Source of the DNA: an uncultured Spirochaetota bacterium
Lineage (GTDB): Bacteria > Spirochaetota > Brevinematia > Brevinematales > JAOACQ01
DNA length: 64,000 bases
Assembly: GCA_963783575.1 (NCBI GenBank)
Contig: CAWAOD010000018.1
Coordinates: 64,001-128,000, forward strand
Direction: 5' to 3'
Part shown: positions 1 through 9,105 of the stretch, one piece after another
How the letters are laid out: each line of letters opens with the position of its first letter
How positions within the stretch are numbered: position 1 is the stretch's first letter
Translations under genes and position numbers: made by a program
The notes under the pieces: generated by a model
The model's input: only the letters and a program-made list of their open reading frames with translations
What the model was told of the DNA's origin: nothing
Databases searched by the model: none

Positions 1-881
1 TCCCTGAAGAAATTGGTTTCTTTGGCAGTAAATTTGATTATTGCCATACCATCTTTTGTATTTCTTTCCGCTTCAACAGGCAGTAAATATTCAATTTTAT
101 CCCTTGCATCTATGTTAGTCTCTGGTATATTACCGATTTCAAGACCGTCACAATTAGACAATTTTTCAACTGTAACCGCGACATTACTCGCCCAAAACCC
201 GCCTTTATTTTCAATTGTCAATTGAATAAATGCTTTTGCCGGGGCAATAAGTAAATTTTCATCACCCAAAATGTTTGAGGCTGATATTTCAAGAAACGGT
301 TTTCTGGAAAGTAAGCGGTATTTATCAGGATTTTCGAGGGCAATTATTATATTCGAGTAATTCTTTATTAAAGCAATATCTAACGCAGTTGAATTGGTAG
401 CAATACCCATATATTCCTTAACGCTTGTGTTTGTTATTGACGCTTCTTCCATTACCAAATATTTTACACCCAATGAATTTTCGTAAAATGAAAAATAATG
501 GAGGGGGGTCCAGCCATATTTATCAAGGGCGTTGATATCCGCACCTTTTAAGATAAGATACTTCACAATATCGAGATTTCTCTTAATTGCTGAAAGATGA
601 AGAGGAGTTGCCAGATTATCATCCTTGGCATTAACATCCGCGCCTTTACTGATAAGATAAGCGACAATTTTCAGGTTATTGTTCACACATGCCCAATGAA
701 GCGGGGTTTTTCCTTTGTCGTACTTTGTATCTACCTTTGCCCCTTTTTCTATCAAAGCCTGTACTTCCTGAAGATTCCCTTTTACAACCGCAGATATCAG
801 GTCTTTATTAATATTTCCAAATAAGAAATCTGAATACAATAATGTACCGGTAAGAACTAAAATCCCCCATTTTCTGAACAT
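1..881 (-). CDS. Exported ankyrin-repeat protein with a following Ig-like/CARDB-like beta domain (runs off the window's left edge)
   Basis: Not in the ORF track. Hand translation from ATG at 881 is open to position 1: MFRKWGILVLTGTLL (signal-like), then ankyrin repeats GKTPLHWAC..GADVNAKD, ATPLHLSA..GADINALD, GWTPLHY, then beta-rich LTIENKGG..NVAVTV. Confidence 0.85.
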   Translation of the reverse strand, partial: MFRKWGILVLTGTLLYSDFLFGNINKDLISAVVKGNLQEVQALIEKGAKVDTKYDKGKTPLHWACVNNNLKIVAYLISKGADVNAKDDNLATPLHLSAIKRNLDIVKYLILKGADINALDKYGWTPLHYFSFYENSLGVKYLVMEEASITNTSVKEYMGIATNSTALDIALIKNYSNIIIALENPDKYRLLSRKPFLEISASNILGDENLLIAPAKAFIQLTIENKGGFWASNVAVTVEKLSNCDGLEIGNIPETNIDARDKIEYLLPVEAERNTKDGMAIIKFTAKETNFFR

Positions 882-963
882 AAATTTACTACCCCATCGC
901 ACACTTGAAATATTACTATAGAAATAGTATATCATAATTTGAAATTTTTGTGTAATTTCAAAG

Positions 964-1069
964 CAACATGATGTTGCATCCAAATTTAAAACACAGCATA
1001 ATTCTACACTCTGATTAATAATGCTCTATAATTTTATTGCCAATCTTTCATTGGGTTGAGCATCATGCT
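964..1069. repeat. Possible MITE-like remnant with imperfect terminal inverted repeats
   Basis: CATGATGTTGCATCCAA (about 967-983) versus TTGGGTTGAGCATCATG (about 1051-1067) are 13/17 complementary; the left end recurs near 38304 (CCTGATGTTGCATCTAAA). Confidence 0.3.
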
Positions 1070-1071
1070 CA

Positions 1072-3147
1072 TTAAAAGTTGGCCTGAAGGAAAGCAGAAA
1101 GGTCATCATTTTTATTTTCGATAGAATCGGCCAATTTTCTATAATCTGTGACATATTTGATACCTACCTCAAAATCGGTGCTAAAAAGATATATTAATTT
1201 AAAGCAGTATTCATTTCCTATTCCATAATAAGGCGTCAAACCGAAATCTCCGGGATAAAGAGGCTCATCAATTGAAAACAAAGCCGAATAATAACTTGCA
1301 GCCCTGTAAGTATTCCAGATTCCTGTGATATTTATCCAATAAATCGGTTTAATAGATAATTTTAAGGTTAACATATTTCCCATCTCTTTTTTTGTAAAAT
1401 TCAACAGATCCTGCCATTTCAAAGTCAATAATAATTTTTCTTTAAATAATGTCAGGGTTGAATAAAGGTTCGATCTTAAATTATCACCATCGGAGAGACT
1501 ACTGTATTTTTCTTTTATTTCCATTTCCAATTTGTTAAAAAAATTATTATCAAACCCTAGTTTGGAATCAAGTTTTACCTGGTATCTTTCATCTATATAT
1601 GAATTTGTGATTTTTGTTGAAATATCAGCAAAAGCCTGTGCCTCAATAACATTAAAATCAAAACTAAATCCTGTAAAAAATCCCTTTGCGTTTTTTGAAT
1701 CATGGATAATGTCAGCAGCATTAGGAGCATTGTAATTTGTCTCAGAGTAGAACCCCAGAAGGGAAAAAGCAAGATATTCATATTGAAATATCAATCCCTG
1801 CAAGAATGAATACCCGCCGAACTTTGCAGCATCCCCATATATATTTAAACTGTCAAATATGAAGCTGTCATAATAGAATTCCAAGCCTGTATCGTTAAAC
1901 TTATTATCATATCGCACCTGCCTTGCTGCCGTTAATCCAATTGCCGTATTCCCAAGAGGGATTTTGAAAAGAAGGTTGCCGCCATAATCCTGTTGATTGG
2001 TAATTTTATGATAATCATCATTATCAAAATATGAATAAAAACCTGTTATCCTGGGTTCCGGATTAAATCCAAATATCTCAAGACCGGAAGGAAAACAACT
2101 AAAACCGGCCCCATTAAATAAATCCCTGATTTTATTATTATCAGAATCAAAAGAGAGGCTGTAATAGGGCTCTATCCCGCTGTCATGCTTTTTAACAGGA
2201 ACCTGGTCAATATCAGACAAAGGTGGTATAAATGAAGGACCGAAAAGGAGATTATGCCCAAAGGTCAATTTAAATTGTCCGCCGATCAATTTAATATTAT
2301 CGGTATGATATTCTATATTATACCTTGAATTCCGGTAAGCATCGTCCCAATTGGCATAAGGAAGATAATTTGAAATGGTTTGAGCCGCAAAATATAAATT
2401 GATATTCTTAAACTGTAGATTAAACTTATAAGTATAAGTATCGACTGAATTATTATTATTTGTAGATTGATTGGATAATTTTAGAGCCTTTGTTCCATCA
2501 TAACTTAAAAATGAATTTAATATAAATCCCTTTTCTTCCGAAGGTTTGATTGTTATAAACGGAGAAATTGCAAGTAATTCATCCCTTGATATGCCTGCAT
2601 TTGTCAGATCAAACAATCCGCCGAACTCTGTTCTATTTCTGTATTCCTTTATCCTGTTTGCTTTAATCATATCCATTCCCGGAAGTTCTGCAATATATTT
2701 AACAGAAGCCGAATTCAAATTAAGAGGACTTATCAAAAAATCATTATAATACTCAAATTTTTCAAGTTCATCCTCATCATCGATATTCTGAATAATATCC
2801 TCCGATTTAAGCCGGCTGCTTTCTATATAAAAATAAGTTTGCAAAATCGATACTTCATTTTCAATAAAACCGGCTGAGTACAATTCATTAAAGCCTGATA
2901 TCTCTCCATGAATATTACGGAATTTTGTAAGACCATCGGCAAGATTTTCACTTAAACCTATTATTTTAAAGAATCTTTTTAAAGGCTCGATCCGAATTTT
3001 ATTTAAGTTCCTTTTTTCACCGGTAAAAAATAAATAATAATCATGATCTGATATTTGATTGGTATTTATTTCGACAGAATTTTGACAAAATAATTGTATC
3101 GGAAAGATTAAAAACCCAATAATTAAGATTTTATAATAATTTTTCAT
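1072..3147 (-). CDS. Exported helix-hairpin-helix (ComEA-like) protein with predicted C-terminal outer-membrane beta-barrel
   Basis: Signal peptide; two HhH-like segments (IIGLSENLADGLTKFRNIHG and LNLNSASVKYIAELPGMDMIKANRIKEYR); aromatic alternating beta strands; terminal Phe (AFLQANF). Confidence 0.7.
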   Translation of the reverse strand: MKNYYKILIIGFLIFPIQLFCQNSVEINTNQISDHDYYLFFTGEKRNLNKIRIEPLKRFFKIIGLSENLADGLTKFRNIHGEISGFNELYSAGFIENEVSILQTYFYIESSRLKSEDIIQNIDDEDELEKFEYYNDFLISPLNLNSASVKYIAELPGMDMIKANRIKEYRNRTEFGGLFDLTNAGISRDELLAISPFITIKPSEEKGFILNSFLSYDGTKALKLSNQSTNNNNSVDTYTYKFNLQFKNINLYFAAQTISNYLPYANWDDAYRNSRYNIEYHTDNIKLIGGQFKLTFGHNLLFGPSFIPPLSDIDQVPVKKHDSGIEPYYSLSFDSDNNKIRDLFNGAGFSCFPSGLEIFGFNPEPRITGFYSYFDNDDYHKITNQQDYGGNLLFKIPLGNTAIGLTAARQVRYDNKFNDTGLEFYYDSFIFDSLNIYGDAAKFGGYSFLQGLIFQYEYLAFSLLGFYSETNYNAPNAADIIHDSKNAKGFFTGFSFDFNVIEAQAFADISTKITNSYIDERYQVKLDSKLGFDNNFFNKLEMEIKEKYSSLSDGDNLRSNLYSTLTLFKEKLLLTLKWQDLLNFTKKEMGNMLTLKLSIKPIYWINITGIWNTYRAASYYSALFSIDEPLYPGDFGLTPYYGIGNEYCFKLIYLFSTDFEVGIKYVTDYRKLADSIENKNDDLSAFLQANF

Positions 3148-3181
3148 TATTAAATAGTTATTAAATAATACCGGTTTATTA

Positions 3182-3394
3182 TCAGCTCTGGATTTTACTC
3201 TGCATTATCCCATTGCGAATGGATTTTCCTAGAAAAAGGCTGAATTTATCCTCAATCTCTTTTGTCCTGTCTTTCACAACCATCTTGTTTCCAGAATTGA
3301 AAAGAATTACCGTATCGGGTGTTTCTTCCAAAAATTCAACAAGAAATGGGTTTATCATTATTTTTTTCCCATTTAGCCGGGTTACTTCTACCAT
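3182..3394 (-). CDS. flbD: Flagellar protein FlbD
   Basis: MVEVTRLNG..INPFLVEFLEETPDTVI signature; directly downstream of flgE. Confidence 0.9.
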   Translation of the reverse strand: MVEVTRLNGKKIMINPFLVEFLEETPDTVILFNSGNKMVVKDRTKEIEDKFSLFLGKSIRNGIMQSKIQS

Positions 3395-3410
3395 AAATTT
3401 CTCCTGTAAT

Positions 3411-3458
3411 TAAAAAGGCGATAATTTGCATATAAATATATATGCAAATTATCGCCTG
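3411..3458 (-). terminator. 19-bp perfect hairpin with T tail between flgE and flbD
   Basis: AGGCGATAATTTGCATATA (3416-3434) / TATATGCAAATTATCGCCT (3439-3457); T run follows on the minus strand. Confidence 0.75.
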
Positions 3459-3478
3459 AAAAGTTCAATAACTGAATT

Positions 3479-4843
3479 TTATCTCTTCAATGAAAGTATT
3501 TCCTGAAGCATTGCATCGGAAGTTGTGATTACCCTGGAATTTGCCTGAAAGCCCCTTTCAGTAATAATCATATCGGTAAATGTTTCTGAGAGATCAACAT
3601 TGCTCATTTCAAGTACGCCGGCATTCAGCTTGCCTCTTCCCTGAGTACCCGCGGCGCCAATATTGGCCATACCGGAATTATTGGATTCTGTATATAGACT
3701 TTCGCCTTCTTTCACAAGCCCCATCGGGTTTACAAAAGCCGCAATTGCAACCTGTCCTATAGTTCTTCGTTCTCCATTGGAATAGGAACCGGTTATTGTG
3801 CCCGAATCGTCAATTTTAAAGCCTTCAAGGTATGACATCTCATAACCGTCCTGGAAATAAGCATGGGTTGTGGTCGGAGAACTGAATTGAGTGATTGAAT
3901 CCTTAACTTGTCCCGATGTACCGATATCCAAATTAAAGTTCCTTGTCTCACCGTCAGGAAGGGTATAAACGACATTTGCCGTAAGCTGCCCCTGAGCAGA
4001 AGTCTGAGGATTTGCCCCATTCGCTTCCGTGATTGAGGCAAGCGTTCCATTGGTATTAAAATTCAGCCTCATCTCATTATTTGTATCAATTTTGGCCCCG
4101 CCTATATTTAATTTTATGTTGTTGGCATTTATTCCATCGATGGTAACATTTGCCCTCCATTGATTTAATGCCTCTTTTCTGAAATTAATCACCATCCTTC
4201 TTTTAGTACCATACCTGTCAACTACATCGATACTTGTGGAATGAGTATTCTGTAGCAGCTCATCCTGTGTTGGATTAGGTCCGAGAATCGGAGTATCAAG
4301 ATTAAGATTGCTTTTTAATTTCACATTTGATGTTTCCCTAGCCTCAAGTTTTTCCATCAGAGGAATTTTCAAATCTTCAAGCGGAGCAGAAGGATTGATT
4401 ATTCTATCACCATTCTGAAGTGTAACGGCATTCCATCCCTGAACCTTCATCCCATTGGGATTAACAAACGTCCCATCATTATCAAGCAGAAAATTCCCTG
4501 AACGCGTATAGAAAGTCCTATCCCCAAGTTTCACCGTAAAAAAGCCCTCTCCGGCAATTGCCATATCGGTATTTTTCCCTGTCGTCTGTAAACTACCCTG
4601 GTTCATCAAGGTATCGATGCTTGATACTGTCATCCCCAATCCGACCTGCATCGGATTCAAGCCGCCCCGTTCATCGGTCGGTTTCGCAGCCCCGGTTAGT
4701 GTTTGAGAAAGAATGTCCTGAAATGTAACCCTTCCCTTTTTAAAACCTGTAGTATTAACATTTGCGACATTATTACCGATCACATCCATTCTCGTCTGAT
4801 GGTTTTGCAGTCCTGAAACTGCGGAAAAAAGCGATCGCATCAT
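3479..4843 (-). CDS. flgE: Flagellar hook protein FlgE
   Basis: MMRSLFSAVSGL..GNNVANVNTTGFK N-terminus and LEMSNVDLSETFTDMIITERGFQANSR C-terminus; GAGGAG RBS before ATG at 4843. Confidence 0.95.
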   Translation of the reverse strand: MMRSLFSAVSGLQNHQTRMDVIGNNVANVNTTGFKKGRVTFQDILSQTLTGAAKPTDERGGLNPMQVGLGMTVSSIDTLMNQGSLQTTGKNTDMAIAGEGFFTVKLGDRTFYTRSGNFLLDNDGTFVNPNGMKVQGWNAVTLQNGDRIINPSAPLEDLKIPLMEKLEARETSNVKLKSNLNLDTPILGPNPTQDELLQNTHSTSIDVVDRYGTKRRMVINFRKEALNQWRANVTIDGINANNIKLNIGGAKIDTNNEMRLNFNTNGTLASITEANGANPQTSAQGQLTANVVYTLPDGETRNFNLDIGTSGQVKDSITQFSSPTTTHAYFQDGYEMSYLEGFKIDDSGTITGSYSNGERRTIGQVAIAAFVNPMGLVKEGESLYTESNNSGMANIGAAGTQGRGKLNAGVLEMSNVDLSETFTDMIITERGFQANSRVITTSDAMLQEILSLKR

Positions 4844-4862
4844 AGATTTTACTCTCCTCGAT

Positions 4863-5378
4863 TTATTCAATTATTTCACTAAGCGACTTTGCATCGGTAG
4901 AACCACTATCGGATGTTTTGTTACTGTTTAAGGTATCCCGCACCTCCTGAACCTGGTTCAACATAATATCATTCCCATCAATATTTATAAAAGTATCTCC
5001 ATTTTTTACCTTGATGCTTTGAACTATGCCGCTGCCTGACTTCCCGTTATCATCAGTCCAGGATACGGTTTTATTAACCAAACCTACAGCTTTTGTAAAA
5101 GAAAATTCCTTTGTAAGATTTTTGATATTATCAGTCAATTCATTCATCTGCTTTAAAGATGTGAATTGAGCCATCTGTCCAATAAATTCCTTGTCATCCA
5201 GAGGCTTAGTTGGATCCTGAGACTTCAGCTGAGTAATAAGAAGTTTCATAAAATCCGCTTCACCCAGAGAATTTTTGCTGACAATCTTCTGGCTTTCTTT
5301 TAATTTTGAATTGAATTCATCGATTTTGTAATTCATCTGCGTCATTTCCTGAGGGGTTATCTGCGTATTTATCGTCAT
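4863..5378 (-). CDS. flgD: Flagellar hook capping protein FlgD
   Basis: LGEADFMKLLITQLKSQDPTKPLDDKEFIGQMAQFTSL motif. Confidence 0.95.
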   Translation of the reverse strand: MTINTQITPQEMTQMNYKIDEFNSKLKESQKIVSKNSLGEADFMKLLITQLKSQDPTKPLDDKEFIGQMAQFTSLKQMNELTDNIKNLTKEFSFTKAVGLVNKTVSWTDDNGKSGSGIVQSIKVKNGDTFINIDGNDIMLNQVQEVRDTLNSNKTSDSGSTDAKSLSEIIE

Positions 5379-5418
5379 AAAACACTCCTACTTTTTTTCA
5401 ATAATCTACTACCTTACA

Positions 5419-6756
5419 TCAAGCCAGATAATTTATGCTCGATTCGAATAGTTTTCCACCAATGAAGACTTTATCAGAATCGCTATTTTCAATTATTACC
5501 TCATCAATGCCGTTTGAACCTGCGCTGAAGGCATTTGAATCACTGCCATGCTCATTTGTTCCCTGCTGGCCTAAACTGACATCCAGGTGCGCCAGATTAA
5601 TCCCAGCTTGCTGAAGTGCCCTCTGCAAATCACCAAGATTCTGATCAAATAACATTTTTGCCTCCGGAGTAGAAACAACAATTTTCCCGATCAACTGACC
5701 GTCTTCAAGATTGAATTTCATATTCATCCTGCCAAGCTCAGGCGGGATAAGATTCATCTTTAATTCACTTTTACCGTCCCGGAGAGTAATAACTGCCTTC
5801 CCTGTAATATTCTGCATCATTGCTTCCAGATTTACCTTACTAATACTATTAGTATAGCCGGCATAGATCTTTACTGCAGCCTGGTCTCCCTGTTTGACAT
5901 TCTGAAAAAAATCACTTTTCTGTTTAACAATATCATTATTATCTTTTTCATTAGTCTTTTGTAAGATACTCTCGATTTTCCTATCAATTTTTGCATTACC
6001 TGAATTTGACGGTTGAACTGTTTTTTCTTCTTTTAATGTTTCTTTAGAAACAGACATTTTATTTTTGACATCATTTTGTACAAAGCTCAGGTTTTGACCT
6101 TTTTTTTCACTATCAGATCTTTTATCTATTACCTTAACTTTTTCTTCAGTAATAACAGGATCTTTATCATTTTGTTTATTTTGTAAATTTTGATTTATTT
6201 CATTTTTATTTTCCTCAACTTTTATAGAAACTATAATATTTTTCCCTTTATCAGAAACTTCTTTAATTTCATCCAGTTTTTTTGAAAAAACATCCAGCTT
6301 TTTTAATAACGCCGAATGATCCGTTTGGGTGTTTTTTAAAAGTTCTGATATTTGAATTAATATTTGATTTATTAATGTTGAATAATCAATTCCATCTTTA
6401 TTTGAACTTAAACTGTTTTTTTTATCATCAATTTTAATATTAGCAATCAAAAGTTTAATCTTTTCCAGTAATGCTGTTATCTCTTCCAGCGGAAGTTCGC
6501 CGTTGCTTTTATTTGTTTCCAGCCCCTTGATATCTTTTTCGATATTTTCAATTTTATCAACCGCATCTTTTAATTTTATTGGAACTTTTACTTCTCTATT
6601 TTTCGATTTATCCCGGATATCTTTTAAAACATCATTAAATTTTATACTTTCTTTATTAGTATCGTTTTTTTGGGTATTGCTAAAATTAAATGTACTATTT
6701 TCATTTAAATTTTTATTTTCTACTGAAAAATAAGGAAATAATTTATTAAACATCAT
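5419..6756 (-). CDS. fliK: Flagellar hook-length control protein FliK
   Basis: Low-complexity N-terminus, C-terminal LKMNLIPPELGRMNMK domain, upstream of flgD. Confidence 0.85.
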   Translation of the reverse strand: MMFNKLFPYFSVENKNLNENSTFNFSNTQKNDTNKESIKFNDVLKDIRDKSKNREVKVPIKLKDAVDKIENIEKDIKGLETNKSNGELPLEEITALLEKIKLLIANIKIDDKKNSLSSNKDGIDYSTLINQILIQISELLKNTQTDHSALLKKLDVFSKKLDEIKEVSDKGKNIIVSIKVEENKNEINQNLQNKQNDKDPVITEEKVKVIDKRSDSEKKGQNLSFVQNDVKNKMSVSKETLKEEKTVQPSNSGNAKIDRKIESILQKTNEKDNNDIVKQKSDFFQNVKQGDQAAVKIYAGYTNSISKVNLEAMMQNITGKAVITLRDGKSELKMNLIPPELGRMNMKFNLEDGQLIGKIVVSTPEAKMLFDQNLGDLQRALQQAGINLAHLDVSLGQQGTNEHGSDSNAFSAGSNGIDEVIIENSDSDKVFIGGKLFESSINYLA

Positions 6757-6788
6757 TTAATTCTCCCGATAGAGTTTCCAATTATGAT

Positions 6789-6866
6789 TTTCGGTTGTTT
6801 TTTAAAAAATATAATAAATAAACAACCGAAATATTTTATCGGGCATTTATGAAATTAAAATTTAGA
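6789..6866 (-). promoter_or_regulatory. Sigma28-like promoter candidate plus 12-bp inverted repeat upstream of fliK
   Basis: Minus strand TAAA-N16-GCCCGATAA (slightly longer spacing than canonical); perfect inverted repeat TTTCGGTTGTTT (6789-6800) / AAACAACCGAAA (6820-6831). Confidence 0.4.
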
Positions 6867-6867
6867 T

Positions 6868-7054
6868 TTTAACCGACCGAGAATGGATGCGCAATGAAAG
6901 CTTTAGCCACATGACATAAAGACAGTGGCGAACGCAAGTCCGCCAAGCCCAAGCCACATAAGGCACACGGACGTGCCATGAGAACCGCCCTATAGCCAAA
7001 CAGGCCGCCGAATGTTAGTCCGGGCGAGCGATGTCACAAGGGCAAGCTTGTTAA
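6868..7054. repeat. GC-rich intergenic element (REP/MITE-like or structured ncRNA)
   Basis: Abruptly GC-rich in an AT-rich context; internal hairpin GGCAC-ACGGAC-GTGCC; ends in AAGGGCAAGCTTGTTAA, closely matching the end of the 29.1 kb element. Confidence 0.45.
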
Positions 7055-7536
7055 GACAGGTTTTCATCGGAACTTTTCATATTTGATTTGATAAGATATT
7101 CCCTCAGGGCTTCTTTCAACATTTTATCTTCAATTATATTAATTGTTTCATCAATTATTTTTATCTTTTCATTATCAATTTTAAAATCACTTGAAATTTC
7201 ATTCTTGATTTCGTTTTTTTTTATTTCACCGTTTTTAAATTTCATCTTCTGGAATATATTTTTAAATTTTTCTTCTTTGATTTGATGATAAATATTCTCT
7301 TTAATTTCATCTTTTTGCAGAGTCAATTCCTGTATCCAGATGGAATCATCTACATTTACAATTAATATACCATTCCTTAATGCCATAGGATAAGAATGGT
7401 TGGCAATGCCTGTACCGACGATATTTATCCAATCATTCCGGAGTCTGACAAGAAACAATTCTTTTTCCGGAATTTTAAAGTCAACATATTTTCTAATGCC
7501 GGAACTTAAAAACCTAATCTCCTTAAATTTCTTCAT
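7051..7536 (-). CDS. DUF721/DciA-family protein
   Basis: WINIVGTGIANHSYP..GILIVNVDDSIWIQEL motif typical of DUF721. Confidence 0.75.
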   Translation of the reverse strand: MKKFKEIRFLSSGIRKYVDFKIPEKELFLVRLRNDWINIVGTGIANHSYPMALRNGILIVNVDDSIWIQELTLQKDEIKENIYHQIKEEKFKNIFQKMKFKNGEIKKNEIKNEISSDFKIDNEKIKIIDETINIIEDKMLKEALREYLIKSNMKSSDENLS

Positions 7537-7725
7537 AAAAAATTATATCATATAGAAACGTATGGTTCAATAATTTTATTATTCAGATGTTTATGTTGAC
7601 TTATTGAAGTCTATTGTATAACTTTAAACAATCTATAAACATTCAGCGGATAAACATCTGGTTTGATTTTTTATTGAAGCATAAGCTTCTATATGGTATA
7701 ATTAATAAATTTATAAGGAGAATTT

Positions 7726-9069
7726 ATGAAAAATGGGCTTCCAGTTGTTGCAATAGTAGGACGTCCAAACACAGGAAAATCTTCGTTGTTTAATTTATTG
7801 TTAGGTGAGAGAAAATCTATAGTGGATGAAATGGAAGGAGTCACAAGGGATATAAATATCGGAAAGGTTGTTACATCTCATGCAACTTTTTATTTATATG
7901 ATACCGCAGGATATCTTGAAAAGGGTGATACTTTTAACACTCTGGTTCAGAAGAAAGTTAAACAGGCAATAGAAGATACGGAACTTGTTTTATTTGTGGT
8001 AGATGGAAGAAATTATCATCCGTTGGATGAGGATCTTGCTTTATTTTTAAAGAAGCAGAATAAAAAAGTTAAGATAATCGCAAACAAACTTGATAACCGT
8101 GATATGGAATCACGAGCCGTTGAATTCTATCAGCTCGGATTTGAAGATATTATACCATTTTCAGTTATGCATAAAAGAGGATATAATACACTTATTGATA
8201 ATATAGAAGATAATCTTGAAAATATCCAGCTAGCAGAGGATTCTGATAATCTTGAAATAAGGATTTCCATTGTTGGAAAGCCCAATGTAGGGAAGTCACA
8301 GCTGCTGAATACAATACTCGGATATGACAGAAGTATTGTATCGGAAATACCTGGGACTACAAGGGATTCACTGGATGATATTTTTAATTTTGAAGGTAAT
8401 ACAATCCGGCTTATAGATACTGCCGGATTAAGAAGAAAATCTAAAATAGAAGGAGATATTGAATATTACAGCAATGTCAGAACGGCAGATGCAATTGAAC
8501 GGAGTCATGTAGTAATACAGCTTCTGGATGCAGGTGAACCATTATCTCAGCAAGATAAAAGAATTCTTGATACTGTACTGGAAAAGGGCAGAGGGCTTGT
8601 ACTTGCGGTCAATAAATGGGATTTGATAAAGCAAAGCAGCAATGAAAATTATTTGATGATGGAAGAATATAAACGCTTGATTTATAAAGAAATACCAACT
8701 TATAGTTTCGTCCCGGTTGAATTCGTATCAGCAATAAAAAATTACAGGGTTAACAAATTACTGGAAACTGCTTTAAGAGTATATAAAGATTATACTTACA
8801 GAGTTCCAACCGGAAAACTTAATGAATGGCTTACTAGGGAAGTCAGGGAAAGTAATGAAAGAAAACCTGTATCGAATTTAAAAGTTTATTATGCAACCCA
8901 AATTTTTGCCAAACCGCCTAAATTCGCATTTTTTATTAACAGTAAGAAGTTTCTGCGAAAAGATTATCCCCGTTTTCTTGAAAATAAAATCAGGGTTGCT
9001 TTTGAATTTTTTGGAGTACCTATAAAAATAATATTTAAAGAAAAAGAAAAAAATCGAAAAATCAAATAA
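7726..9069 (+). CDS. der: Ribosome biogenesis GTPase Der (EngA)
   Basis: Two GTPase domains: GRPNTGKS/DTAG/NKLD and GKPNVGKS/DTAG/NKWD. Confidence 0.97.
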   Translation: MKNGLPVVAIVGRPNTGKSSLFNLLLGERKSIVDEMEGVTRDINIGKVVTSHATFYLYDTAGYLEKGDTFNTLVQKKVKQAIEDTELVLFVVDGRNYHPLDEDLALFLKKQNKKVKIIANKLDNRDMESRAVEFYQLGFEDIIPFSVMHKRGYNTLIDNIEDNLENIQLAEDSDNLEIRISIVGKPNVGKSQLLNTILGYDRSIVSEIPGTTRDSLDDIFNFEGNTIRLIDTAGLRRKSKIEGDIEYYSNVRTADAIERSHVVIQLLDAGEPLSQQDKRILDTVLEKGRGLVLAVNKWDLIKQSSNENYLMMEEYKRLIYKEIPTYSFVPVEFVSAIKNYRVNKLLETALRVYKDYTYRVPTGKLNEWLTREVRESNERKPVSNLKVYYATQIFAKPPKFAFFINSKKFLRKDYPRFLENKIRVAFEFFGVPIKIIFKEKEKNRKIK

Positions 9070-9105
9070 TTGTTTATATATCGAATTGATAATAAGGAGG
9101 GCATT

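Noticed and set aside
6868..7054. Integron attC site (TAAC..GTTA ends after a stop codon)
   Set aside because: The ends do not fit RYYYAAC/GTTRRRY, it is longer than typical attC sites, there is no end-to-end hairpin, no integrase is seen and the flanks are core genes
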